DNA of 64,000 bases from Octopus vulgaris (lineage: Eukaryota), in assembly GCA_951406725.2 (NCBI GenBank), contig OX597818.1, positions 19,592,001 through 19,656,000 of the forward strand, in the 5' to 3' direction. A program made the position numbers and the translations under genes. The first letter of the stretch is position 1. Each line of letters starts with the position of its first letter. Under the pieces are notes generated by a model. The model was not told the origin of the DNA. It did no database searches and was given only the letters and a program-made list of their open reading frames with translations. Shown piece by piece: positions 26,167 to 37,879 of the stretch.

Positions 26167-26276
26167 GTAAATGGTATTATTTAAATATTCTTTTATTATT
26201 GAAATTGGGAGCCTAAGTGAGAGTGCAATTAGCTTAGTAGGTGAAATATTGGACAACTATTCAGGAGACCGAATAC

Positions 26277-26354
<78 letters not shown>

Positions 26355-29158
26355 CAAAACTTTTAGAAAGGAAGTTAAAACTAGAGTATAATATTTGTAA
26401 TAACATACACAAATACACACAAGCAGATCTGTCTATTGAACAATTGATCAATCAATCTGTTACGTTTTAGTCCTATAAATAAGCTTTGGAATTTATTCAC
26501 GTCCTCGAAAAAAACAATTGATTTTCAGATGGTTTGCAGTACCTTGGTTGCAAATATATCAAAATGCATAGCTGTCAGGTTACTCTCAACAAGAAATGGG
26601 TACACTGTAAAATTAAACAAATGTTTCTATTTTGCTTCAATGAGTTCAACCACTATGATGAATAAAGCTTTGAAACGGATGATGCTGAGTCAAACTGCTT
26701 TTATCTCATCCATTGACCAGGACTCAATCACCAATCCACAAACGCCCTGTCTCCTCAGTCTTGTTCATTTACCATTATTGCAGCAGCCTCTACTACTCGG
26801 CATTAACTAACTGCTTACCACCTCTGCCCAAGCCGTTTTGTCACAACGGTCTCGTCTCCTCTCGTTACTCGTTTTTGTGCCTCCTCTTCCCGGAAACCAC
26901 ATTAAACACAATGCTTATTCCATCATCCACAGAGCATTAATCCTCTAGAATTCTCTTCTTGCCCATGTTTGCCCTTCAATTGTCGTCTTTGAGCCGTTGA
27001 CGATAAATGTCGTCCGCTTCAGTCTGACTTACCTGTGGGAACCTATGAAAGTCACGAACACAATCTCTTCTCCTGGAGTAACATCATTTTAAAAATTGCA
27101 TACAGAAGGCAGTGTGCTAACAGAATAGTTAGATCGTCAGACAAATTGCTTTGCGGTAATTCTTCCGACGATTGACGCTTCATGTTCTGATTTCAAGCCC
27201 CGCCAGATCAACTTTACCATTTAGCCATCAACAAATTGTAAAATAAACTACCAATAGAGTATTAAAGTTGAATTTATCGACTAATCTCCTCCTACACAAT
27301 AAAGAATTTTGCATATTTGTCAAATGGAAAGCCTCAAACCGATGTACGTTTCGTGTACGATGAAAAGAAAGGGAATTCGATGTGGTTCAGTGAGCTGCAG
27401 AACACTTTAAATTTCCGTCCAAACATAAATAATTTTATGTCTCAAGGTATATGACCAAAAGTCTTTAATGTTGCTCTTTTGAGCAAGGCTTATGGGACTT
27501 ACCACTACAATCACCACCTTAGTCGCCGCCACTAGCACTATCATTAATACAATCGTTAGTATACTAACACCACCACCTCCATCATCATCTCCATCACTAC
27601 TGCCATCACCATCCTCAGCATCGGCATTACTATCGTCATCTCTACCTCCATCACTATCGTCGGTACCACCACCACCACGACTACATCCATCACAGTTATC
27701 ATCATGATGATCATCATCATCACTATCATTATATCGTCATAAATAACTTTTATCATTAAAGTTTTATCTTTTGTGACAACATGGCACCTAATGATGTTGA
27801 TTACACACAGATGCGATTGACAGTTGAAATGTTCTCTACACCTGCCATCACGACCATCTCCACCACCCACACCCACCACCATCACAGTTCATTGAACCCT
27901 TTGTTATTCACTTAATACACTAATGCAAGGGAGAGAGAGGAGCAAAGCGATGACAGAAAAATGCCTTCATCATTATTATTATCAATTTTATCAGGTGCAG
28001 CCATTTCCATTTCTAATTTTCATATATATATATATATATTTTTTTTTGCATGATTTTTGTATAATTGTTTTCCCATGTGTTTGTTAAATATTTTTTAAGA
28101 ATGAGAAAAACAGAACACATCCCCCATCCCCGAAAACGAAAGAAAGATATTGCTGGCTGAAGGTTATTTACAAGATTTTTTTCTTGGCCAGTGATATCGT
28201 ATATAACGTCTGCTTTATCAGATGCCATGTTGTCAAACGCCATTTTATCACAAGCACAAATGTTAAAAAAAAATAATAACAGCAGTAAAATACCACGTTC
28301 GAAATATCGTGTTCTTGTGTAGCCACACACACACACACACACACACACAAAAGTGCGCACATCAACACATTTTGCGTAAAACATGTTTCATATATGAATA
28401 CACACACATATTTTTTCAATTTTATGTGTGTGTGTGTGTGTATCATTCAACTACGGAAGTAGAATAATAATATTCTTTACTCAGGCGCAGCATGTTTAAG
28501 AGCTTGTCGCTAATTCAATTCTTAACCAAATTGAAAACTGTTAACATTTTTGAAGAGGACTAGTCCCTAGCTACATTTTGGCATTAAGAAATTTGAGATT
28601 TGATCCAGTAGAAAAAACTTTACATCAAAATTTGTAGCTATATTATAGGAGAGTAAGTAACACCTCCAATCAAGTTTAGATCTAAATAACTTTTTTATTC
28701 TAAAAGCAAAATATATTCATCTTTGCTTCAAGGATAGAAGAAAGCTTGAAGAATTTCATAGTTTTGTTCCCATGTAACAAAAATTTGTATCAAAAAAGTT
28801 GTGAGGTAAAATATGAAAAAATATAAGGCAAAAAATTGGATTTAAGTATAATTAACTTTTTATTTTAAAAACAAACTATATTTTAATTAAGTTTAAATAA
28901 TAAAAATCAGTTCGAGGAATTTCATGATATCAATATCATGCAATGAGGTTTTAAAAGAAAAAGTTATGAGTTTGTTTCTCAAAGTTGAGGGTGATAATAT
29001 AATTCTATACTTTTTTATGAATATAGTTCTATAAGGGGACTTTTAATATATATCACCGGCGTCATTGAGGTAAGGAAATAATTATCAACGACACCGCTAA
29101 TTGACACAATTGACACATTATAAATTAGCATATTAGCATAGTCTGGAAAAAAACATGG

Positions 29159-29954
29159 ATTACATGGAAAAATGCAAGCAAAAGAAATAATATTCTTAAG
29201 ATTATAAACCTGGAAAATTACAGGACAAGTTATTACACTTAGAAAAGTTCAGGACAACTTATTACATCTGGTAAAGAACAGAACAAGAAAATTTTTACTT
29301 AAAATATTGCAGCTAAGGATAAAATTTGAATATTATAAATTATTTGATTTTTATTTACAAAGTAGCATTATAATTAAAAAAGGACCTTCATTTTGAGAGC
29401 CAGAAATACCAATATAGCTGACGTTTTATGCAAAATAGAATAGTATACATGGTAGGCAAATTCCTTATGTAAAAAATAGGCATTAGGTCAAGACTAAAAA
29501 TGTTGAGACTTGGTAATAGCTTAAGAAATAACTCAAGCAAACTTTACTGTGAATTTATTAAAGGTAGATTTTACTGTAGTATATAATTAACTTTTATATT
29601 ATTCAATTTATTGTACTATGTACTACTTTTATTTTTTATAACTTATTTTCAAATTTCTAAATATTTTGAGTTATTTTTAATTTTTAATAGAAGTAACAAG
29701 TAATAACAAATAGAAGTAATAACTTGTAATAACATTTTTAGTTTCAATAAAAGCTAATATTTTGTAAATCTAAATATTTTATTTGAAATTTTATCCTTAG
29801 CTGCAATATTTTAAGAAAAAATTTTCCTGTTCTGTACTTTACCAGATGTAATAAGTTGTCCTGAACTTTTCCAAGTGTAATAACTTGTCCTGTAATTTTC
29901 CAGGATTATAATCTTAAGAATATTATTTCTCTTGCTCGCATTTTTCCATGTAAT
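29159..29954. mobile_element. Fold-back/MITE-like element with ~170-bp imperfect terminal inverted repeats
   Basis: 29159-29327 vs 29786-29954; internal tandem subrepeat CAGGACAA.TTATTACA; no TSD identified. Confidence 0.7.
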
Positions 29955-30040
29955 AAATATATATATATTATGCGTCTATGTATGCATGTATATGCACCTA
30001 TATGTATGCATGTATGTGTGTGCATGTATGTATATATATA

Positions 30041-31335
30041 TAATATAATAATAAGAGTAAATAATTTCTATAAAGGCTTTTAAAAAAACCCCAATTATTC
30101 ACTGGTAGAATTCGGTATGTAAATATAGCCGATTACCGGCAGGAACTTCTGTAAAGTTCAGTATATATATTGTATATAAGAAAAAGGGACAGGCAAACAG
30201 GTTGCTTGACCGCATACCGAAAAAATAGAAATAGCAGTCAAGAATGCTTATTTCTATCAAAGTTGGACTCCGGGCACGACAAACCCTGTAATTCACATAT
30301 GCAAAACAGAAGGAATAGATAACGAAAACGAAGTCTGGTGGTTATCTGTGAACATCATGTTTCTGGATTATAAACATATTGAATATATATTTCATATATA
30401 TTTTTGATATATATTTCATATACATTGCATATATATTTCACATCCTTCTTCAGCACAGCTTTCCATTGAAAAAGATTTATCATAGATTTATCAAATGCTA
30501 CGTACCTCAAACCTTCTGACCATGCGACATCAAAATATTTGAAGAAAGTGAGCAAAAGCTAAACCTACATAGACGTTTGAATTCGTAAATCTTCCCTCCA
30601 AAATCTTGCCATGCGCACTACAAAAATAGTTCCATAAAATTGGGAACTATTGGGTTGTCATGAGGGAGTGAAAAATCCAAATAGTAATATAATAATAAGA
30701 GTAAATAATTTCTATAAAGGCTTTTAAAAAAACCCCTATATTTACATACCGAATTCTACCAGTGAATAATTGGGGTTTTTTTTAAAGCCTTTATAGAAAT
30801 TATTTACTCTTATTATTATATTACTATTTGGATTTTTCACTCCCTCATGACAACCCAATAGTTCCCAATTTTATGGAACTATTTTTGTAGTGCGCATGGC
30901 AAGATTTTGGAGGGAAGATTTACGAATTCAAACGTCTATGTAGGTTTAGCTTTTGCTCACTTTCTTCAAATATTTTGATGTCGCATGGTCAGAAGGTTTG
31001 AGGTACGTAGCATTTGATAAATCTATGATAAATCTTTTTCAATGGAAAGCTGTGCTGAAGAAGGATGTGAAATATATATGCAATGTATATGAAATATATA
31101 TCAAAAATATATATGAAATATATATTCAATATGTTTATAATCCAGAAACATGATGTTCACAGATAACCACCAGACTTCGTTTTCGTTATCTATTCCTTCT
31201 GTTTTGCATATGTGAATTACAGGGTTTGTCGTGCCCGGAGTCCAACTTTGATAGAAATAAGCATTCTTGACTGCTATTTCTATTTTTTCGGTATGCGGTC
31301 AAGCAACCTGTTTGCCTGTCCCTTTTTCTTATATA
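30041..31335. repeat. Near-perfect palindrome (564-bp arms 30173-30736 / 30772-31335) plus upstream partial direct copy; probably Penelope-derived
   Basis: The same 66-aa ORF appears mirrored (30355-30555 minus, 30953-31153 plus); 30041-30127 reappears inverted at 30737-30823 and partly direct at 30685-30736. Confidence 0.92.
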
Positions 31336-32790
31336 TATATATATATTACTCATTTTAGTCACTAGATTGAGGCATTGCTGGGGCACTGCCTTGAAGAATT
31401 TTTAGTCGAATAAATCAACCCCTGAACTCATTTTTATGCTTGGCCTGATACTTAATCTATCAGTTTCTATTGCTGAACTGCCAAGTTACGGAAACGTAAA
31501 CAAATCTACACTGGTTGTCAAGCGGTAGTATGGGACAAACGCGCGCGCGAACACACACACACACACACACTTACGACAGGCTTCTTTCCGTTTCCATCTA
31601 CCAAATCTATTCACAAATCTTTGGTCGGCCCAAGGCTATAGTAGAAGTGGGAAGCAGGCTTCTTACCACACAACCACGTTTTTATATATATAGGCGATCT
31701 TTCGTTTTAAGATCATAATGTGCAAGTGAAATATTTCCCATTAAATATAAATGAATTGAAAGCGAATGCTACCTTATTTTATCTGTATAATGAAAAAGTC
31801 CAAGTGATTGATGATGATTTGCCAAAGGTCCCAGTGCTTTACGATGAAATGAAGATCATTATGATTTATATTTATACGTAAACTCTGAATGATTTAATGC
31901 TAATATTAAATATGAAAGCAATATTTACTTTGTAACTGAGGCGGTGAGTTAGCAGAATCGTTAGCACGCCGAGCAAAATGTTTAACGGCATTTCGTTTGA
32001 CTTTACGTTCTGAGTTCAAATTCTGCAGAGGTCCACTTTGCCGTTCATCCTTTCGAGGTCGATAAAATGCGTAGTAGTTGAACACTGGAGGCGGGAGGGC
32101 GATCTAATCAGCTTGTCGCCTTCCCGGAATTGATGGCCTTGTACCAAAATTTTAAATATTTAATTTGTAACACGGCACGAAAATTTACGTATTGCCGATT
32201 TTGTACGAAAACTTACGGAAATCTGGACGGATGCTTTCCTTTTCACTTCGTGATCTTAATGCGATAAATTGTCATTGTAAATTTAGTAACAAATGCGATG
32301 TTTTCTATATAATCAATAAAACTGTTGTCATTTTTGACGATCCGGTATGCTACAATATTTAAAATACGCATGACTGTGTGGTTAAGAAGTTCGCCTTGCA
32401 GCCAGTAGTTTCGGGTTCATCCCTGCAGTCTGGCACATTGAGCAAGTGTCTTTTGCTGTAGCCCCACGCCTACCAATACCTTGTGAGTGAATTTGGTCGA
32501 TGGAAACTGTGCGGAAACTCGTTACATATATGTATGTGTGTGTTTTCATGTTTCTCTTAGTCCTTCATCACCGCTTGACACCCGATATTGGTTCATTTAT
32601 GTCCCCGTAACTGAGCGGTTCGGCAATAGACCGATAGAATAAGTACTAGACATAAAAATGTGTACTGAGGTTGATTTGTTTGATTAAACTGTTATACGAT
32701 ATTTAATTGGCCGCAGTCCAATGACTCAAACAAGTAAAAGGTGCATATAAGAAATATATGTAAAATATAATGTAAATAATACACACACAC

Positions 32791-32821
<31 letters not shown>

Positions 32822-33024
32822 TGTGTCAGAGACGTTAGCACGCCGGGCGTGGTGCTTCGCGGTATTTCGCCCGTCGCTACGTTCTGAGTTCAAATTCCGC
32901 CGAGGTCGACTTCGGGATCGATAAATAAAGTACCAGTTACGCACTGGGGTAGATGTAATCGACTTAATCCGTTTGTCTGTCCTTGTTTGTCCCCTCTATG
33001 TTTAGCCCCTTGTGGGTAATAAAG

Positions 33025-33069
<45 letters not shown>

Positions 33070-33241
33070 AATGTAATTATTAACAATATAAATTCTTTAC
33101 TTAAAAATATTAACTAACAATATATAACAAGCAGACATAAATAATACAGTTAGACAACCTTAAATGCTTTCACCAAACATTTTATAGTATCTCTCCCTCT
33201 GTCTTTCTCTCACTGTCTCTTTCTCTCTCTTTCTATCTAAG

Positions 33242-33757
33242 GTCCATGCCAAGCACGAAAAGAAAGATGGCGACTCGACAGAAGTCATTGAGTACAGTCG
33301 TAAAGTTAGCTTGCCGCCTAAAATTGACTTGAAAAGCATGAACTGCGTTTTATCTTCGGACGGCTACTTGACCACAGAAGCGCTAGTAGCACCACCTAAT
33401 TACATCAACTTTGATGAAGAATTTCCTTCTATAGCAAACAGCAGTCCAACACGATTACTGAATATCAACATGCTGCATCCTGAAAGAACATCTCCTCGTT
33501 TACCAAGGAGGGATTACGAAAGTATCAACCAGAAATTCAGAACCGAAGTCGACGTATCAGATTTCCAACCGGAAGACGTTAAAATTACTACTCAAAACCA
33601 AAAGATAATAATCAAAGCCAAACGTGAAGAGAAAGTGGGAGGTCGAACAACTTCAAAAGAATTCAACAAGGAAATTGCTGTTCCAATACCAAGGAATCCA
33701 GAAAAAATTAAAGCATTTTTTTCAGCTAGTGGTAAGCTCATTCTTGAAGAATCGTAA
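33242..33757 (+). CDS. Small heat-shock protein, coding exon 2 (end of ACD1 and whole ACD2)
   Basis: VHAKHEKK...EYSRKVSLPPKID...CVLSSDGYLTTEA; second ACD KFRTEVDVSDFQPEDVKI...IKAKREEK...KEFNKEIAVP...FSASGKLILEES*. Confidence 0.92.
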   Translation, partial: VHAKHEKKDGDSTEVIEYSRKVSLPPKIDLKSMNCVLSSDGYLTTEALVAPPNYINFDEEFPSIANSSPTRLLNINMLHPERTSPRLPRRDYESINQKFRTEVDVSDFQPEDVKITTQNQKIIIKAKREEKVGGRTTSKEFNKEIAVPIPRNPEKIKAFFSASGKLILEES

Positions 33758-35129
33758 AAAAAAATATTTTTAAAAAAAACTCTCAAATCATTATCTGAAT
33801 TATCTGAAAAAACGTGAAATTAAATCATTTTCTGTAATATTCTGATAGAAATTCGTTTGATATTTTATTACGTCTCTTTATGTCCTGAATTCAAATTCCT
33901 CCAGAGTTCATTGTGCTTTCATTTTTACCAGGGTCGATAAAATAAAGTACCAGTCAAGTACTGGCATTATTATGAATAACAATAACCTTCTCTTCCAAAT
34001 CTGTAGTGTTGTGCGTATACTAGAAACCATTGTCATAAAGCATACAGAAGGCGACTTACTGGCAGAATAGTTAGATCGTCGTATGAAATGTCTCGCAGTC
34101 ATTCTTCTGACGATTAACGCTTCATGTACTGATTTCAAACACCGCCAGATCAACTTTACCATTCATCCATTTACAAATGATAAAATAAACTACCAATAGA
34201 GTACTGGGGTTGGAAGTATCGCCTAATTTCTTTCTTCCCAAAAAGGCGTACGTTTTGTGTACTATGTAGAGAAAGAAATTCAATGAGCTACGGGGCACTT
34301 TAAATTTCCCTCCAAGCATAACTAATTTTAATGACTCAATGTCTATGGCCCAAACACGTCATCTGCGTACAAAAAGTAAGAGTAAAGTTACAGCCATATT
34401 TCTTTTAATATCGAATTAATTAATGCCTATACGGTGATTAGAAGACAACATTAACTCATTTCATGGTATGTTCTTGTTGAACATATCAGTTGAACTTTTG
34501 TCGACGCAAACCGTTTCAAGTTTTTTGTGCCTCGGATATTAAAAATTTTGCGTTTATATGTATTTGATATCTAGTTTAGCGTATTAAAAAAATTTACAAA
34601 ATTGATAATAGTGTAATTTATAGTTTACAAATATTATCGTTAATAATATTTAGAAAAAAATTGTTCGTGTCTGATTCTGCAAGAATTCTCAAATTTCATC
34701 TAAACAAATTCTTTTCTGTATTTGAAATTTTAAAAATATTTTTATCAAAAAAATTTCCATTTTTTTTACCATCAAAACCAGAGCAAAGTCAGTTTCATGT
34801 AGCAAAATATTTTAATAAAATACAAAATGGTTTAACATTTCGCTAAGTCTTTTACTGTTTGTTTTAAAATGTTTTATTTTATGCACTTCTTTTAATTTTT
34901 TAATTTCGCTCAACTCAATTCAAAACAACACTAATTCGACTAGTCCTTTGACACGCAAAAAATCTCATAACGTGTTGTTATGTTCACTTGGTTTAATAAT
35001 ATTTGTTGAATAGATTTGTTGAATAGATTATTTCATTGTTGAACAAAACACGTTTTAATTAACCTAATTACCAATTAAAATATGGTATAATAGTATGCGA
35101 ATTACTTTGCCGGGCAGCGAGAGGTAAGT

Positions 35130-35620
35130 TGTCAGTTTTCCAACCCCAATGCCAGCCTTAGGCCAATCGACTTACTTCAATAATTGCTGTCTGTTTGTGT
35201 TCTCTGTGTGTTTTTAATTTTAGAGTAAATTTTGACCAGCCACCTACTTGGTAGCAAGGAAAGTATTTTCTTTTAACCATCATCCTTTAAATTTTAAGGT
35301 CTTGCAGATTTTTATAGTTTCATATCTCGTGATCATTTGTAGCATATGAATTAAAGATTTGCATTCTCTCCTCGAGATCCACATTTCAGCCATATTTTGC
35401 TCCAGACAGATTTCTATGTATCCTGTTGCTCCAATAATAATAGGTATAAAGCTGAAAGTGTATCTTGGGTACTGGATTTACAAACTCTTTGTCAATGGAC
35501 CATAGATGTCCTCTTTGTCATGGATACAAGATATCTATACTGAAATCCCTACTAACAGGAGTCTTTAATTTTTTATCTCCAGAAGTTTTAAAACAGGAAG
35601 TCCAAAGAATATTTTTTTTA
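35130..35620 (-). mobile_element. RLE-type (R2/R4/NeSL-like) non-LTR retrotransposon 3' remnant
   Basis: Minus strand: KEDIYGPLTKSL*IQYPRYTFSFIPIIIGATGYIEICLE, the K..Y..L / P+++GA.G restriction-like endonuclease C-terminus; boundaries approximate. Confidence 0.7.
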
Positions 35621-36508
35621 ATTGGTTAATAATGGACTTCCAATATGTGAGTATGCCAAGCAAAAGAGCAATGCAAAAACAAATATACTCCCATAGATAT
35701 AACAGGTACTTAAAGAACCCCTTCGGTCACAAATGATCATAGGATTGCACCTAGAAAAGTTCCCCCCGAGGCACAGGTCCGGGTAAAGTTGTTTTGTGGA
35801 AGACCAGCAATTCCCCATATTTCCACTCCCCTCTCTACGCCACCAATGTTATCCAATGGAAAAGGCAGAGCCCGATACAGCTTGTCACCAGGGACGTCGC
35901 AATTTTTTTCTACAGCTGAGCCAACCAGAGCAATATGAAATAAAGTATCTTGCTCAAGAACACAACACACAACCCAGTCGGGGAATCGAACTCACAACCT
36001 TGCAATTCTAAGCCTGATGCTCTAACCACTGCGCCAGCTACAATATGCAGTAAAAGTTCACGATGGCAATGAACTAAATGTATCCTAGTCACAGAATAGA
36101 TGAATACACCATTGAAAATACGTATACGACAGATACAAAAGATATACAATGCTTTAAACGTAGCTATAAATAATAGTCAGTATATATTACAAAATACTGT
36201 AATCAAAAACCTTCTCATCAACACGTGATCTAAACTTGTAAGCCATGAAAAGTATTTCAGACAAACCAATGAACATATATTGAAAATGCTTCAAGCTTTC
36301 AATGAAATACATTTGAAAGAAACGATGATCTATGTCTATTTATCTATCTATCCATCTATCTCTATCTCTCCCTCTCTATCTCTCTCCTCTCTCTCTCTCC
36401 TGTGCTCTCCCTCTCTTTCACCTCTCCTTCCATTCCTCTCTCTCTTTCTTTCGCCCTCTCACTCCCTTTCTCTCTCCCTCTCTCTCTATATATATATATC
36501 ACTGACAG

Positions 36509-36598
36509 CAGTTTAGATATCAGATTTGCTTTGTTTAGTGACTTAGTCACAGGAGGAAGGGCATCGCCCATGACCCTTTCAGTGTTACATAAGTGTGA

Positions 36599-36661
<63 letters not shown>

Positions 36662-36891
36662 CTGCCGATTAAAAATTAAAAAAATATATATATTCATGAT
36701 TTTAAGTTCCATTTTCCCCTAGCCACTAAACCTTTTTCTATTTTCTCTCCCTGTTTATTTCTGTGTTCCTTTCTGTCGAAGAGCGTAGGCTCGAAACATA
36801 AAAGACTTTCTCACTTCCCGAGCATTAAACTAATACATCCGTTTGTTGTTTACACACCAGTCTTCGTTTTTTGTTTTTCTTTTGTAAATTC

Positions 36892-36947
<56 letters not shown>

Positions 36948-37078
36948 CAAACACATACATACATACATACATACATACATACATACACTTATACGTATGC
37001 CATGCTAAAAGGGTCATGGGCGCTGCCCTTCCTCCTCTGACTAAGTCACTAAAACAAACAAATTTGATATCTAAACTG
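36509..37078. repeat. ~70-bp inverted repeat pair enclosing microsatellites and a hammerhead-bearing repeat
   Basis: CAGTTTAGATATCA...CCCATGACCCTTT vs AAAGGGTCATGGG...TGATATCTAAACTG. Confidence 0.8.
36769..36804 (+). ncRNA. Minimal hammerhead-like motif with variant core CUGUCGA
   Basis: CTTT-CTGTCGA-A-GAGC-gtag-GCTC-GAA-ACAT-A-AAAG. Confidence 0.45.
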
Positions 37079-37238
37079 ATGCCCGTAATCGCACTACACA
37101 TCTCAAGTTTACTAGAGAAATGTGTTAACCATTAGATTATATCTACCTTACAAGTTGTCATCTTTCTCTCTCTCTCTCTTGCACTCACTCACGCTCCAAC
37201 CCTTTCTCTCTGTCTTTCCTTGTCTCTCCCCCCCCCCG

Positions 37239-37308
<70 letters not shown>

Positions 37309-37879
37309 AACTATGTGTAAAAATAGTCAGTCTAATGCACTCACAAATCTCCGTAATTTTTTTAATCACTGTGGATAAATGCCAGCAATGACCTTCTCAG
37401 GCTCTCCACTATTTTAATTTCTAAACAGAAACAATCAGTGGCAAGGAGAGGGGTTGCAAAAAATTCATAATGTCTCAAATTTTCTTTTTTATAGCATATA
37501 AATGTATTTATGGGGGGGGAAACATTGAAAAACGTCAATACACGCGAGAGTGATAAAGAAACGAGGAGGATTGTCTTTGGATGTGCTAGAAACAACAGCC
37601 AAATCGCCCTTAAATCACTTTTCTCTCTGAAAATATTAACATTTAAAAAAACATTTTACCGAAAATGCTTTTCCGATGGTTTTCAAGTGAAAGGAAATTG
37701 GCCAAAATAGGCACGGAGTGGGATGATGAGGGAGGGGGTATAAAAAATGAGTTTTCAAAACTTTTTTCATACAAAGATGCCTCCCCGCCAACCCCATCAT
37801 TTCGAAGGCTGTGGTTTAAAAAAAATGGCGAAAATCCCCGAAAAAATTTTACCACAAATTAATCGTAATCTATGCTGTT

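Larger units (their letters stand above)
26167..33241 (+). other. Intron (7075 bp, GT-AG) of the sHSP gene
   Basis: GTAAAT donor; polypyrimidine tract and TAAG acceptor; splicing restores ACD LK|VHAKHE. Confidence 0.88.

Noticed and set aside
31055-31080. CTGAAGA...GAAA as a hammerhead
   Set aside because: The intervening AGGATGT cannot form stem II, and stems I and III are missing.
30355-31153. Identical 66-aa ORF on both strands
   Set aside because: A consequence of the palindrome; no protein features.
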